A stretch of DNA of 64,000 nt from contig OZ024744.1 of NCBI GenBank assembly GCA_964016885.1, positions 52,824,001 to 52,888,000 on the forward strand. Reading direction: 5' to 3'. Positions within the stretch are counted from its first letter, which is position 1; each line of letters opens with the position of its first letter. Shown one piece after another: positions 1 through 12,160 of the stretch. A program made the translations under genes and the position numbers. The notes beneath the pieces were generated by a model. It had not been told where the DNA came from. It worked only from the letters and a program-made list of their open reading frames with translations, and ran no database searches. Source of the DNA: Eledone cirrhosa. Its lineage: Eukaryota.

Positions 1-199
1 AGTAAACATAGACGTGTTGTCTATCACGCCACTTAAAATAGCAGCTAAATAAAACAACGGATTTGTTCTCTACATAACGGGGAATACATAAAAAGGCGAT
101 CAATATCCCCACTGGTACTAAGTACCTCTGGAAATATATAGGGTGTCTATGGTACAGTGGTTGTTCTATGGTATTAATTTGACATACAAGAACTATAAT

Positions 200-490
200 A
201 TTGAGATAAGCGGAGCAAGCAAGTTTCAAACAATTTTTTTAAATAAATTAAAAAATATAATTTCAATATTCACCTATTCCTTTTGCTTTTACCGTTCTGG
301 AACTTTACGTGCTAGGTAGGAAAATGCTTTCTGAAGATCTGAACATTTCCATCGGAAGTCCCTAGGATCTCCAATCTTTCGTGAAGAGAAACCATCGGTA
401 AAATCAAAGGGAATAGGTGAATATTTAAATTATATTTTTAAATTTATTATGAAAAATTGTTTGAATCTTGCTTGCTCCACTTATCTCAAT
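200..490 (+). mobile_element. Fold-back element (Penelope-type 3' terminal fragment with inverted duplicate) carrying a hammerhead motif
   Basis: ~95-bp imperfect inverted arms (ttgagataagcggagcaagcaag... at 201 / ...cttgcttgctccacttatctcaa ending 489); hammerhead core between and into the right arm; TA-rich flanks. Confidence 0.65.
325..406 (+). ncRNA. Type I hammerhead ribozyme motif
   Basis: tgcttt-CTGAAGA(331-337)-tct...aga-GAAAC-c-atc-g-GTA-aaatca; the inverted arm preserves aaagca, which pairs perfectly with tgcttt. Confidence 0.65.
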
Positions 491-505
491 TATATACATA
501 TATAT

Positions 506-509
506 AGAG

Positions 510-594
<85 letters not shown>
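506..594. repeat. (GATA)n microsatellite at the 3' junction of Tx1 copy 1
   Basis: Direct reading. Confidence 0.95.
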
Positions 595-828
595 TGTTTC
601 TTTATTAGCCACAGGGGCACAGAAGAAGGGGACAAATACAAAGGGGGAAGTTTACATACAATAAAAACGTGTAAAATGTTATCACAAATGTAATTTAAAA
701 AGTTAGTCGATTTTCCCCAATAGGGGAGACAGTTTATATGGGTAACACCCCCGAAAATATGTGCAACCCTCATCTCCAGGAGTACGAAGAGTTTGTACTC
801 CTTTCCTCTCCTCCTCCTTTTCCTCAAC

Positions 829-3800
829 CTACAGGCTGATATAGAGAGAAGGCCCATTCACTCGGGCCATTCTCGCCACTTTCACCCACATTTCATAAAA
901 CTTGCTGGGGTACAGCACCTCTCTCTCCATCCTGATTCTTCTTCCAAAGTGGTATTTGAAAAAAAGAATCAGTTGTTGGCCGGAGAGAAAGGTGTCTGAC
1001 CTCAGCCCTTTCAACCTTGTCCACCATACAACCTCTTTCGCCATAGCTATCGCACAAAGGAAAACCGCCTCTCCTTCGTTTTTGAAGGAGGGTGGTGGTT
1101 TGATCATGACAATGGACTCGGCGGTCAACCGGATTGTTCCCACCCGCGACAGTAGTCGTTCTACATAGCCCCACAGGTCAGTGACGCCCGGGCAGAGTAT
1201 GAATGCGTGCGCGACGGTTTCTTCGTCTCGCACGCACCTCGGACAGATCTTTTTTGCAGGGTCTCTGCCCGGGCGCCCATGTCTGTAGAGCTTGTCTCGA
1301 ACTGGTAGAGCTCCTCGGTAGCACTGCCAGGCCAGGGACTTTTGGAAGTTGTCCATCGGTCCCGGGCGGAAGGTCCTACCGAACAGACTGGCCAGTTCAT
1401 CTTCCTCTACGCCTAGAGTTTCACCGAGCGCGTCGTCGCACTTGCTGCGGATCAACCCTCTATACAATGACGAAGTGGCGTCTCGACTGATCGCCAGGTC
1501 CGCCTGCCAGAGGGCTGTGAGCGCCTGACCACATTCGATGTGCCAGTCGCCCATTTTCCTCGGTTTTTGGTTGACCCGAGACGAGTCGTGGGAAGGCTCG
1601 CCTCACGAACGGGGCCCACACCGTGAGGAATACGTAGAGATGCCGCAGCCGGAGCGCGTGTTTGCGCATCGTCAACCACGGCATCCCCAGCCCTCCGTTA
1701 GAAGGGTGTTGGCAGCAGATGGATCTTCTCACCAAAGGAGCCCGCCTCTTCCAAAGGAATTGGAAGAGCACGCTTTCCATTTTGGCGGCGTTTTGGCTGG
1801 ACAAGGCACGACGGTCAAGCGGTAGTAGATGGCGGACGCTATAAAAGTGTTCGCCACCTCCGCTCGTCCTTTCAAGGATAGTTTGCACTCGGCCCACTTC
1901 TGGGTGAGTGCAAAGACCTTGGCCGTCACTTCGTTCCAGTTCTCCACCTGGAGGTCCGGACCAAACCAGACCCCGAGCAGCTTTACCGGTCCTTCCGTCC
2001 AGCGTCCGACGACGCCATTGGAAGACATCGGTTTGCCTCTCCACGATCCGAGTTGCAAACCTATGGACTTGTCCCGGTTCAGCTTCGTTCCTGTGAAACT
2101 TTCGTATTCCTCCAGTAAGGTGCCGACTTCCTCGATTTGCGAGGCGCTCGAGACTATTACTGTCACGTCGTCGGCGTAGGCCGACGCCGCTTTTCGCAGT
2201 CCCGGTTCCAGAGGGATGCCCTGCAATAGCTCCAACTTCCGCAGTAGTGGGTCGAGAGTCAGTACGTACAGAAGGGAGGAGAGAGGGCATCCATGTCGAA
2301 TGGATCGCGTAATATGGAACGGCTCTCGAGAGGTAGCCGTTCACCTTGACCCTTGAGCAGATGTTGCTGTTGTGTATTGCAGCAATCCAGTCCCTGAACA
2401 CGGGTCCGGAGTCTGCCGCCTCGAGCACCGCATCCAGGTAACGATGGTCAACCCTATCGAAAGCCTTAGACTGATCCAAGTTGATTAGGGCCCCACCGAA
2501 GTCGGGTTCACACACAACCTCTCTATGATGTATCGCATGAGGTGGAGGTTGTAGTGTATGGACCTGGTCGGGATTGCGCATGTCTGCGCTTCTCCCACCA
2601 GTTTCTCGACGACAAGCGCCAGCCTCTTTGCCAACACCTTGGCCAAAATCTGTAACTCTGTGTTTAGCAGAGTTATGGGCCGGAAGTTGCCTATGTCATC
2701 CCCCTTATTCTCGTCCTTCCTCAGCGGCTGAAATCCGCTTTTCGTAGAACTTTGCCTCGCTGTCCGAGAGTCGCGGTAGGCCGTCGAGGTATGGACCGAA
2801 ATCCATAGCCCCTCCCGGCGCGCCGCCCCTCCCGAACAGTTGAGCAAAGTGCCGCTGAAAGGCCGCACACATCTGCTTCGGCTCGCGTATCACGCGTCCG
2901 TTTTGGTCCTTCAAAGACCGAATCGTGGACTTGTTGCCAGTTTTGTGGACTTGTTGCCACTTTTTGCCTTCGTCACTCGGGCCCAGCTAACAGCTTTGGC
3001 TCCCTCGTTTCCCAGAGCACGTATTTTGCTTCTGACAACGCAGCCCTCGTGCTTTGCGTCGAAAAACTGGTCCAAGGCCGTTCTCGTTGCTAGCACGCTG
3101 GCTACGTTGCCATTTCTAATTGCCTCTTCTACTTCATATACAAGTTCCTTCTCGGTTCTATTTCTATCTAACGCTAATTCTTTACTAAAAACTATCGAGT
3201 CTAATCTAACTGCCCTCTTGAGAGAGTACCACCATCTGTTGTTGACAATGGCCCCTCTCAAGTGCTGTTTAACTAAAGTGCTAATCCGTCTACTGTAGGC
3301 TTTGCTTGTCGGTAACGATAAGTTCAGCTTCCAGTAGCCGGGTCCTTGTCTATGGGTTCTATCAAGGTTGGCCATGCAGGTCACTAGTTTGCGATCTGAA
3401 TAGGCAACCATGAACATTTGTGGACAGCTTAACATGTCCCTATCCTTATTTCTAACTAGAACCCTATCTAGGTACGATCTAGATGTTCCGCTACGATTAC
3501 TCCACCTCCACAGTGGCGCAGTCGGAAAATCTAGTCGATATCTATCGGCCAGGTCAAATCGGTCGATTAACTGTTTGAGGCTGTTACACCCCCCTTTATC
3601 GGGACATGCTCCCATACAGTCCCAACGTGCATCTAGGATTCCATTCCAGTACCCCACTCAAAGCAAGGAGCGGGACGTTCCCAGAAAAGTCTATAGACGT
3701 TTGAAGAAATCTGGCCGCGATGTCCCGGATGGGGCATATGCGGCCACCAGCCTGACGGCTCCACCTTCACTACCGTCAACGTCTAGGACCACCAGTCGGC

Positions 3801-4071
3801 CCTCCGGGTCCAGATGTACCGTCTGTGTTACGAGGCCCAGGTGTTTCCGCAGCAAAACAGCAACTCCGCCCCCACCCCCCGGTTGACAGAGAGATGCGTA
3901 GATCTCGAAGTCATCGAAGATGGGGGCCAGCTGTCGCTCGCTGTGGATCCTGGACTCGCAAATGGCTACCACATCCATACTGTGCGAGCTGGGGTCGTTT
4001 AAGTGTTTGCCCTGTCTCCAGGGCATCCCCATGCCGCGTACGTTCACACATCCAACTCTTATATTGGCCAT
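829..4071 (-). pseudogene. Tx1 ORF2 (APE endonuclease, reverse transcriptase, zinc finger), frameshifted
   Basis: ORF pieces 4071-3691, 3657-2911, 2868-2485, 2581-1460, 2235-1729, 1554-829; deletion of roughly 190 bp near 2722 relative to the copy at 53740-53930. Confidence 0.9.
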
Positions 4072-5994
4072 GTTGGTGCTGAAAAGTTAAAAGAGGAAAA
4101 GAGATCACTCACCCTTCGTCTCCTGGGGATCAGGCTGCACGATTTCCATGGGGATGTTGGAGGGGTTGTCTGGATGGTGGTGGTTTCCGGCGGGGTGGGG
4201 ACGAAGATGTTTGGTGGGGCGGGGTCTGGTGGGATGGGGGTGTCTGGGGTGGGGAGACATTTGAGAAGGACGCGGTTAAGTGGTTTCACGCAGGAATTAC
4301 CCACATCCTTCTCAAATGTTTCTTTTACGGACCTATAAGTTTGTATAGGGACTCTAATTAGTTTCAGGTTCAGTTTTTTGTTACTTTTAATAGAGTGGGC
4401 GAAAGTTTTCCCTTCGGTTTTCACCGAAGGGTCGTTCGTGATGGTCTCCATTAGTGTTTTGTTTTCAGTGTTTATGTAAGTGTAAGTGTAATTTTCTTGT
4501 GTTGTGTTTGTTTTTGTCTGTAGTTCTTGTGTGTGCTTTCGTTTTGTTGTAGGTATTTTGATTTCAGGAGGTGGGGGTTTTGTTTGTGATGTTTTTATTG
4601 TTTGTGTTGGTGGTTGTATGTTTGTGGTAGTGTTTGCTGGTTTTTTTGCTTTTGTGATGTCTTTTCTTTCTTTTCGAGCGATGGGGTTCTCCCTCGTCTT
4701 CACTGGGTGATGGCGAGATAGCCTCATCTGTTGTATCGTCTGTGTGATTGGGGAGGGGTATTTCTTGGGGAGCTGTTGTGTCTGTATGTGATTTTGCAGT
4801 GGTTTTAGGTGGAGTGGGGTTGGGTGGGACTGTGTTTGTTGTGGTTATTTTTGTGTGTTGGTGTTGTTGTTGTTGTGGTGGTGTTGGTGGTTGTGTTGTT
4901 TTGATGGGTGTCGGCGGAAGAGCCTTCTTTTGATTCATTAATTTAGGACAGGAAGCCCTCAGGTGACCCCTGCTAAAGCAATGGTAACATGAAGGCCGCC
5001 TACCCTCAACCGAAAAGTTTATGTAGGTGAGTCCGTCCAGGAGTACACGTTGTGGGATCATAGCTATTCGCTCTGGGCTCATTTGCACCAGAACTTCAAT
5101 GCTAGTCCCATTGAATACATCTCTGGGGGACTTTCCTACTGACAGTATTGTGTCTTCATCAAAATTGATGAAGCGGCACAGTATCCACCATACGTTCACC
5201 TTTGGTGTGACACTCGTGATTTTGATCTTTTGTGTCCTTTTTCCCATGTATGTAGGGAAAAAGTTGTACAGGTTGGATACGATTGGCGACACAGAGTAAT
5301 TTTGGGCCGTCAATTGATCCTTCATGAGTACAGAAATACTCCAAAAAAGTTTGCTTCTTTGAATGAATGCAATATCATTCATTGAATTTTTGAAAACCAG
5401 TTTTGGAAACCGTCCTAAAAACTATCGTTTTGAGAGCAGCTTCCTTGCGAATTTCTACTGGAGAATTGATGCTGAAAGCACCATTTTTTTCGAAAGTGAC
5501 ATATCTCCTAGCGTCCTTCAAAAGTTGTTCAGCATTTGTTATGTCGAGATATGTCATTTCCTCCCTTTTCTGAACTGTCTGTGCAAAGGAATTTTTGGTT
5601 TCTTTGTGGAATTATCCGTGTTGGTGGTGTTGTCATTATTGTTGTTATTGCTGTTGTTATTCTTGTTGTTACCGATGTTGATATTATTCGTATTTTCCCT
5701 GGTGTTGGTGTTGGTGTTGTTGTTGTCCTTGATGCTGGTGTTATTGGTGTTGTCTTCATTTTTTTCTTTGTTGTTGTTATCATTGTTGCTTTTATGATCA
5801 TTATTGGTGTTGCTGTTATTTTTGTTGTCATTGAACTGCTTGGTGTCATTTGTGTTGTTTGGATATGAATTCGTTTTTACATTTTCATTTCGTCTTTCCA
5901 TCTCTATAGTATCTAGGGAAGAAGACGATGTTGACTGCGAGCTTTGTAGTCTTACCGACTCTCCACCACCATTATCGTTGGACGCAGCGTTCAT
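4059..5994 (-). pseudogene. Tx1 ORF1 (nucleic-acid binding, CCHC knuckle, Asn- and Pro/Thr-rich), frameshifted
   Basis: SVEGRRPSCYHCFSRGHLRASC in 5382-4564; colinear with ORF1 of copy 2. Confidence 0.8.
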
Positions 5995-7464
5995 AACGTA
6001 ATCAAACTTTTACAATATATTTTCCAAGATTCGATGGAGAAAAAATTTCATCAAACGGATATTTCGCCCCTGTAGGGGCGAAAATGAGTTGACCCACCAC
6101 CTGAATATCCAGACGGGGCGTCAAGTTACACAATAATATAAAATTTAACTAAAAACTCACGTTTTTTTCTTACATAAATTAACGGAAACTTCTCCGCGAA
6201 GTTACACACGTCTGATAGAGAGAGAGATAGATATATTTCTTTATTTACCATAAAGGCATAAAAAGAAGGGACAAATACAAAGGGGGAGTTTACATAAAAC
6301 CGAGTAAAAAGGGTATAAAATGAAAATAATCGAAAACAACCTCAAAAGGGAGGGGACGTGATGGGGGTTGCACACACCCCTGAAAAATTGTGCAATCCTT
6401 TGCCCGGGGAGCACATGGAGAAGGTGCTCCTTTCTTCTTCACTTCTTTACCTACAGGATGGTATACAGAGAAGGCCCATTTACACGAGCCATTCTTGCCA
6501 CTAACATCCACCTTTCAGAAAATTGCCTTGGCCAAGCACCTCTCTCTCCATTCTTATCCTTCTTCCGAAGTGATATCGGAAGAAGTAGACCAGACTATGG
6601 CCAGAGAGGAAGTTGCCTGACTTAGACCTTTCAATCGTGTCCACCAATCAACCTCTTTCAACATGGCTATTACGCACAGAAAAAGCGCCTTTGCTTCCTT
6701 TGTGAAGAGGGGAGGCGGCTTGATTGTTATCACGGACTCGGCGGTCAATCGATTCGGCGCCACCGGCGACAGCAGTCGTTCGGCGTAGCCCCACAGATCA
6801 GCCACGCCCGGACAGTGCACCAATGCGTGCGCAACGGTTTCTTCGTGACGCACGCATTTAGGGAAAAATCTTTTTCGAGGGATCCCTTCCCGGGCGCCCG
6901 TGTCTGTAGAGCTTTTCTCGAACGGGTAGAGCCCCCCGGTAGCACTGCCAGGCCAGTGACTTCTGGAAGTTGTCCATTGTCCCGGGCCGAAAGTCCTACC
7001 GAACAGGCTGGCCAGTTCGTCCTCTTCCATGTCCAGCGACTCTCCAAGGGTGTCATCGCCCCTGCTAGCCACCAGCCCTCTATAGAATGACGAGGTGGAT
7101 TCTCCACCGATGGCCGGGTCCGCTTGCCAGAGATCCCTGAGCACCTGGACACACTCAGTGTGCCAGTCGCCCAGTTTTCCGGATCTTTGCTTGACCCAGG
7201 ACTGCAGCTCGGTGAGCGAGACGAGTCTCGGAAAGGCTCGTCTCACGAACGGAGCCCACACCGGTTGACCAGTGAGGAATACCTGTAGGTGCCGTAGCCT
7301 TAATGCGTGCCTACGCATCATCAACCACGGCATTCCCAGCCCCCCTTTCGAAGGTTGTTGGCAGCAGATGGAGCTTCTCACCATAGGAGGACGCTTCTTC
7401 AAAAGAAATTGAAAGAGCATGCGTTCCATGGTGGTGAGTGTTTCCTTAGGGCAAGGCACGACAG

Positions 7465-9411
7465 TCAGGCGGTAGTAGGTGACGACGCTATGTAAATGTT
7501 CGCCACCTCCGCCCGACCTTTCAGGGACAGCTTACCCTTGGCCCATTTCTGGGTCAGTGCAAACACCTTGCTCGTAACCTCGCCCCAGTTCTTTTCCACC
7601 TGGAGGTCCGGTCCAAACCAGACCCCAAGCAACTTCACCTGGCCCTCCCTCCAGTGTCCGACGACACCGTCGGGAGGCATCGGTCTGCCTCTCCACGTTC
7701 CGAGTTGCAGCCCGACGGATTTTTCCCGGTTCAGTTTCGCTCCTGACAACCTTTCGTATTCCTCCAGTAAGGTGCCGATCGCCTCGATCTCCGAGTCGGT
7801 CGATACCATTACTGTTACGTCATCGGCGTAGGCCGACACCGCTTTGCACAATCCTGGTTCCAGGGGGATACCCTGCAACAACTCCAGCTTCCTCAGTAAA
7901 GGCTCGAGAGTCAATACGTACAGAAGGGAGGAGAGAGGGCACCCCTGTCGAATGGATCGTGTAACTTCGAACGGCTTCGAAATGTAGCCGTTCACCTTGA
8001 TCCTAGAACAGATGTGGTTGCTATGTAAGGCAGTGATCCAGCCTCTGAAAACAGGACCGAACCCAGCCGCCGCTAGCACCGCATCCAGGTAACCATGGTC
8101 GACCCTATCGAACGCCTTAGATTGATCCAAGTTGATCAGGGCCCCACCGAACCCGGATTTGTTGCCAACCCTCTCTATGATGTATCGCATGAGGTGGAGG
8201 TTGTCGTGAATGGACCTGGATGGGATAGCACATGTCTTCGCATCTCCCACCAGACCACCCACGACAAGCGCCAACCTCTTTGCTAACACCTTGGCCAAAA
8301 TCTTTAACTCTGTGTTTAGTAGGGTTATGGGCCGAAAATTATTTATACTATCCCCCTTGTTCTCGTCCTTCCTCACCAGCGAGACTACGCCCTCGGCTAC
8401 AGAACAAGGAATTCTCCCGTTCTGCTGCCAATTGCAGTAGACTGCTTCGAGGAGTTCGGAGAAGAAGACCGGCATTGCTAAATAAAGTTCGTGAGGTATA
8501 CCATCGAGACCTGGAGATTTGCGTCTTCTGCATTGGTTCAGTGCATCCCCGATCTCATCAGCCGAGATTGGTCCCTCGCAGAACTCTGCCTCTTCGCTCG
8601 AGAGACGCGGCAGGCCGTCGAGGTATGGACCAAAATCCACGTCCCCGCCTGGACCCTTGCCTCCTCCGAACAATCGGGCAAAGTGCCTTTGAAAGGCCTC
8701 GCACATCTGCTTAGGCTCCCGGATCACCTGTCCATTCTCGTCTTGCAAAGACCGGATGGTGGATCGATTTCCACTCTTAGCTTCTGTCACGCGGGCCCAG
8801 CCAACGGCTTTGGCCCCCTCATTACCTAGAACACGTATTTTACTTCGAATGACGCAGCCTTCGTGCTTTGCATCGAAAAACTGGCTCAAGGCCGTCCTCG
8901 ATGCCAGCACTCTGGCCACTTCTTCACTCTTGATTGCCTCTTCTAATTTACTTGTTAATTCTTTCTCGTTCCTATTCCTATCGGCAGCTAACATCTTGCT
9001 ATAACTTATTGATTCTGTTCTAATCTCTCTTTTGAGAGATGCCCACCATCGGTTGTTGACGATTGCACCTGTCAACCTCTCCTTAACTAATCTGCTAATC
9101 CGGTCTCTGTAAGCCTCTTTTGCCGGTAAAGACAAATTAAGTTTCCAGTAACCGGGACGCTGTCTATGTGTTCTCTCGAGGTTGACTACGCAGGTCACTA
9201 GTTTGTGATCTGTATAGCCAACCGTGAGCATTTCTGGACAGCTTAATATGTCCCTATCCTTACTTCTAACTAAGAATATATCTAAGTACGATCTAGATTG
9301 ACCACTGTGGTTCGTCCAAGTCCAGGTTGGCACAGTTGGAAAATCTAGTCGATATCTATCGACCAAGTTAAAACGGTCGAGTAACCCCTTGAGGCTCCTG
9401 CATAGTCCCAA
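7465..9411 (-). CDS. Largest open piece of Tx1 ORF2 (APE C-terminal half plus complete RT core)
   Basis: YTDHKLV, KSPGLDG, FRPITLLN, LDQSKAFDRVDH, RQGCPLS, AYADDVT; flanking pieces 9851-9345 (APE N-terminus) and 7459-6554 are in other frames. Confidence 0.88.
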   Translation of the reverse strand: MGLCRSLKGLLDRFNLVDRYRLDFPTVPTWTWTNHSGQSRSYLDIFLVRSKDRDILSCPEMLTVGYTDHKLVTCVVNLERTHRQRPGYWKLNLSLPAKEAYRDRISRLVKERLTGAIVNNRWWASLKREIRTESISYSKMLAADRNRNEKELTSKLEEAIKSEEVARVLASRTALSQFFDAKHEGCVIRSKIRVLGNEGAKAVGWARVTEAKSGNRSTIRSLQDENGQVIREPKQMCEAFQRHFARLFGGGKGPGGDVDFGPYLDGLPRLSSEEAEFCEGPISADEIGDALNQCRRRKSPGLDGIPHELYLAMPVFFSELLEAVYCNWQQNGRIPCSVAEGVVSLVRKDENKGDSINNFRPITLLNTELKILAKVLAKRLALVVGGLVGDAKTCAIPSRSIHDNLHLMRYIIERVGNKSGFGGALINLDQSKAFDRVDHGYLDAVLAAAGFGPVFRGWITALHSNHICSRIKVNGYISKPFEVTRSIRQGCPLSSLLYVLTLEPLLRKLELLQGIPLEPGLCKAVSAYADDVTVMVSTDSEIEAIGTLLEEYERLSGAKLNREKSVGLQLGTWRGRPMPPDGVVGHWREGQVKLLGVWFGPDLQVEKNWGEVTSKVFALTQKWAKGKLSLKGRAEVANIYIASSPTTA

Positions 9412-9855
9412 CGTTTATCTAGGATGTCATTCCAGTCCCCCGCTAGAAGCAGGGAACGCGACGTTCCCAGAAAAGTCTCCAGACGCTGAAAGAAGTCGGG
9501 TCGTTCAGCTCCGAAAGGGGAGTAGACGGCGACCAGTCTCAAGGCCGCACCTCCACTACTGCCAACGTCTAGCACCAACAAACGACCTTCCGGGTCCGAG
9601 TGAACAACCTGTACGGCGAGACCCAGGTGTTTTTCCAGCAGTACGACAACCCCACCCCTACCTCCAGGTTGACAGAGAGATGCGTGCACCTCAAAGTCAT
9701 CGAAGGTAGGGGCCAGCTGCCGCACGACGCTGATCCGAGTCTCACAGATAACCATTACATTTATACCACGTGACCTCAGGTCATTTAGAAGCTTTGCTTG
9801 CTTCCAAGTTGAGCCCAGGCCATGTGCATTCAAACATCCTACTCTTAACACATCT

Positions 9856-11802
9856 ATGTGGGCGGCAAAGCCAACGGAGAGTGTAGAGACCTACCTTTCT
9901 GCTTCCCGGGGTTCGGGTCGCACGACTTCCAGGGGGTCGGGGGTGTTGGGTGAAGGGGTGTCTTGTGGTGGTGTGGGGTCGTCAGTGTGTGGTGGGGTTG
10001 GGGTGTTTGGAGTTGTGTTGGGGAGGGGAAGGGGAGGGGGGAAGCTTTTTAGAAGACGCGGTTTATGGGTTTGACAGAGGGTGGTCCTACGATCTCCTTA
10101 AAATCCTTTTTTAGTTTTTAGTAGAGGTTCATTGGGACCTTTATTAATTTTAATTGTAGGTTGTTTTCTGAATAAACAAAGTTTACCCCTTCGGTTTGTA
10201 CCGAAGGGTTATTGTTTATGAGTTCATTTAATTTATTATTGTTTCTGTTGATGTAAGTATAGTGTAATGTCTTTTTTTCGGATGGTGTGAGTGTTTCGAA
10301 GAGGGGAGGGACAGGTTTTGTTTTGTTTGTTGCTGGAGGGGTGTTTTGTGTTTTGTTGGATTGTGTTGACATTTGGGTAGGGGCTGTTTGGCCTTGTGTG
10401 TTTTGCACATGTTTTCTTTTTTTCCTTTTAATCTGTCTGAAGGACTTCGTTTCTTCCTCCGAATTTGTTGGGTTATCTTCAGTGTTGGAGGGAAGAGGTA
10501 TGTTTGCTGGTAGTGTTTCCGTGTTAGTTTTCTTTGTGGGGGAGATGGATGTCACTATGTTAGACTGTGTTGTGTGTTGTGGCTGCGGTGGTTGTGTTGT
10601 TTTATTGAGTGAGTGGTTGGGTGGGACTGTGTTTGGTTTTTGGGTAATGTGTTGTGTCTGTTTGTGCTGTGGTGGTGGTGTAGTTTTACTGAGGGACGGG
10701 TTGGGTGGGACTGAGTTTTGTTGTTTGTTTATCTGTTGTGGTGGTGGTGGAGCTGATGTTGGTAGCAGGGTTTTCTTCTTGTTGAGTTGGGGACAAGCCG
10801 CCTTTAGGTGCCCTCTGTCTGCACAGATATGACAGGACGGCCTTCTCCCCTCCACGCTAATGTTTATATACCCGTGGCCCTCTAATAGAATTCTGTCGGG
10901 TATTTGGGCAATGCGTTCAGGTTTCATTTGCACTACAAGTTCTATACCTGTTCCACTGAACGCATTGCCTGTGGTTTTCCCAATGGAAATCACGTTGTCA
11001 TTCGCTGGATCGATGAAGCCAGCTATGAGCCAGCAGTAGTCCATATCTGGCATCATCGCATCCAGCCATATGCGCTGAGTTTTCTTACCCATATAATATG
11101 GATAAAAGGTAAAATTTCTCGAACGAATCGGCGACAAAGCATATTTTTTCGCCGCCGATTCGTTCTTCATAATAATGGCTAGGCTTCCATACAGCCTGTC
11201 TCTTCTTATGAAAGTGGCTTCATTAAATACTTCTCTAAGTACCGCTTTAATTTCTACTTGTGTTGGTTGTTGTGGCTTTTTGAGATGTTGTTGATGGTGC
11301 GGAAAACGACCGTCCGACTTTCAATATCTTTGGTGAGTACTTGGGGCATTTTTACCGACAAGGCTCCATTTTCCCCTTGAGTTATGAATTGTTTGGCGTT
11401 TTTTATTCTTTGTGCCACATCTGAAATATTTTCAGGTATGTATGTTAAAGATTTTTTTGTTGTTTGTGCAAATGAGATGTTATTGGTGTTGACTTTGTCG
11501 TCTGTTTTGCTTTCTGTTATGATGTTGTTGTTTTCAAATGTTATTTTTGTGTTTGTTGTTTCTTTGTTTGTGGTATTAATATTGTCATGCAATTCTTTCA
11601 AATTTTTTTTGTTGTTGGAATCAATCTCCAGATTTGTGTTTTCGTCGACATTTTTCTCCGCACATTCGTCTGTTTTTATTTTATTTTTTCTTTCCTTCTC
11701 TATGACATTAGTTGGGAAGGAGGGGGGGGGGACTAAACCGTGCGAGCTTACAACTTTTACCGCTGTCCCCCCACCACTATTTTCGTTAGCTTCATTTAAC
11801 AT
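9856..11802 (-). pseudogene. Tx1 ORF1 of copy 2, frameshifted
   Basis: SVEGRRPSCHICADRGHLKAAC in 11170-10118; N-terminal piece 11802-11254. Confidence 0.8.
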
Positions 11803-12160
11803 TTCTCCCAGACGATTGAAATTTTATGCAACAAAATTTTAAAAAACAGGTTTTAAATTCGGACGGCGACCTGTCGCCTAAACACTCGTCCTCCAATAAT
11901 GCATGAAACCTGCTTTCAGCAGAACGGCAGTTTCTCCTTAATATTTCCGTCCTCAACGTATCATACGAAGTACCGGTTGGCGGGTCCGTTATTAAATCTT
12001 TCACCGTGATAGCAAGCGACGAAGGTATACCACTAATCAAAACATTGAGTTTCTTCTCTGTTTTAATTCCATTTGCAGCAAAATATGCATCCAGTTGCGC
12101 AAACCAGAGCTTGGGATCACCGGAGAACGCAGGTAAATTAGGACTACTCATCATTAGCAT
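11792..12160 (-). CDS. Short ORF resembling the N-terminal gag domain of Ty3/gypsy-type LTR retrotransposons (DUF7041-like)
   Basis: LPAF..DPKLWFAQLDAYF...KDLITDPP...YDTLRTEILRR...LL..ECLGDRSPSEF matches the LPPFW..P.LWFAQ.E..F...LGDRKPSQFL pattern from memory. Confidence 0.7.
   Translation of the reverse strand: MLMMSSPNLPAFSGDPKLWFAQLDAYFAANGIKTEKKLNVLISGIPSSLAITVKDLITDPPTGTSYDTLRTEILRRNCRSAESRFHALLEDECLGDRSPSEFKTCFLKFCCIKFQSSGRNVK

Larger units (their letters stand above)
595..6213 (-). mobile_element. Tx1-clade (L1 superfamily) non-LTR retrotransposon, near full length, copy 1
   Basis: ORF1 with CCHC knuckle; ORF2 with APE (NVRG, ICES, SD[R]K), RT (AYADDVT) and C-terminal CPRC..ETVAHAFILC; AATAAA then (TATC)n on minus strand; ~220-bp 5' UTR ends at a GATA/GAGA tract. 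Confidence 0.92.
6236..11855 (-). mobile_element. Tx1-clade retrotransposon copy 2 (diverged sister family), head-to-tail with copy 1
   Basis: Same domain order; 3' end AATAAA abuts the GATA/GAGA linker 6214-6235; 5' boundary uncertain. Confidence 0.9.

Noticed and set aside
4059-11802. Programmed frameshifting in Tx1 ORF1/ORF2
   Set aside because: Breaks mostly differ between copies and often fall in homopolymers, consistent with decay or sequencing indels
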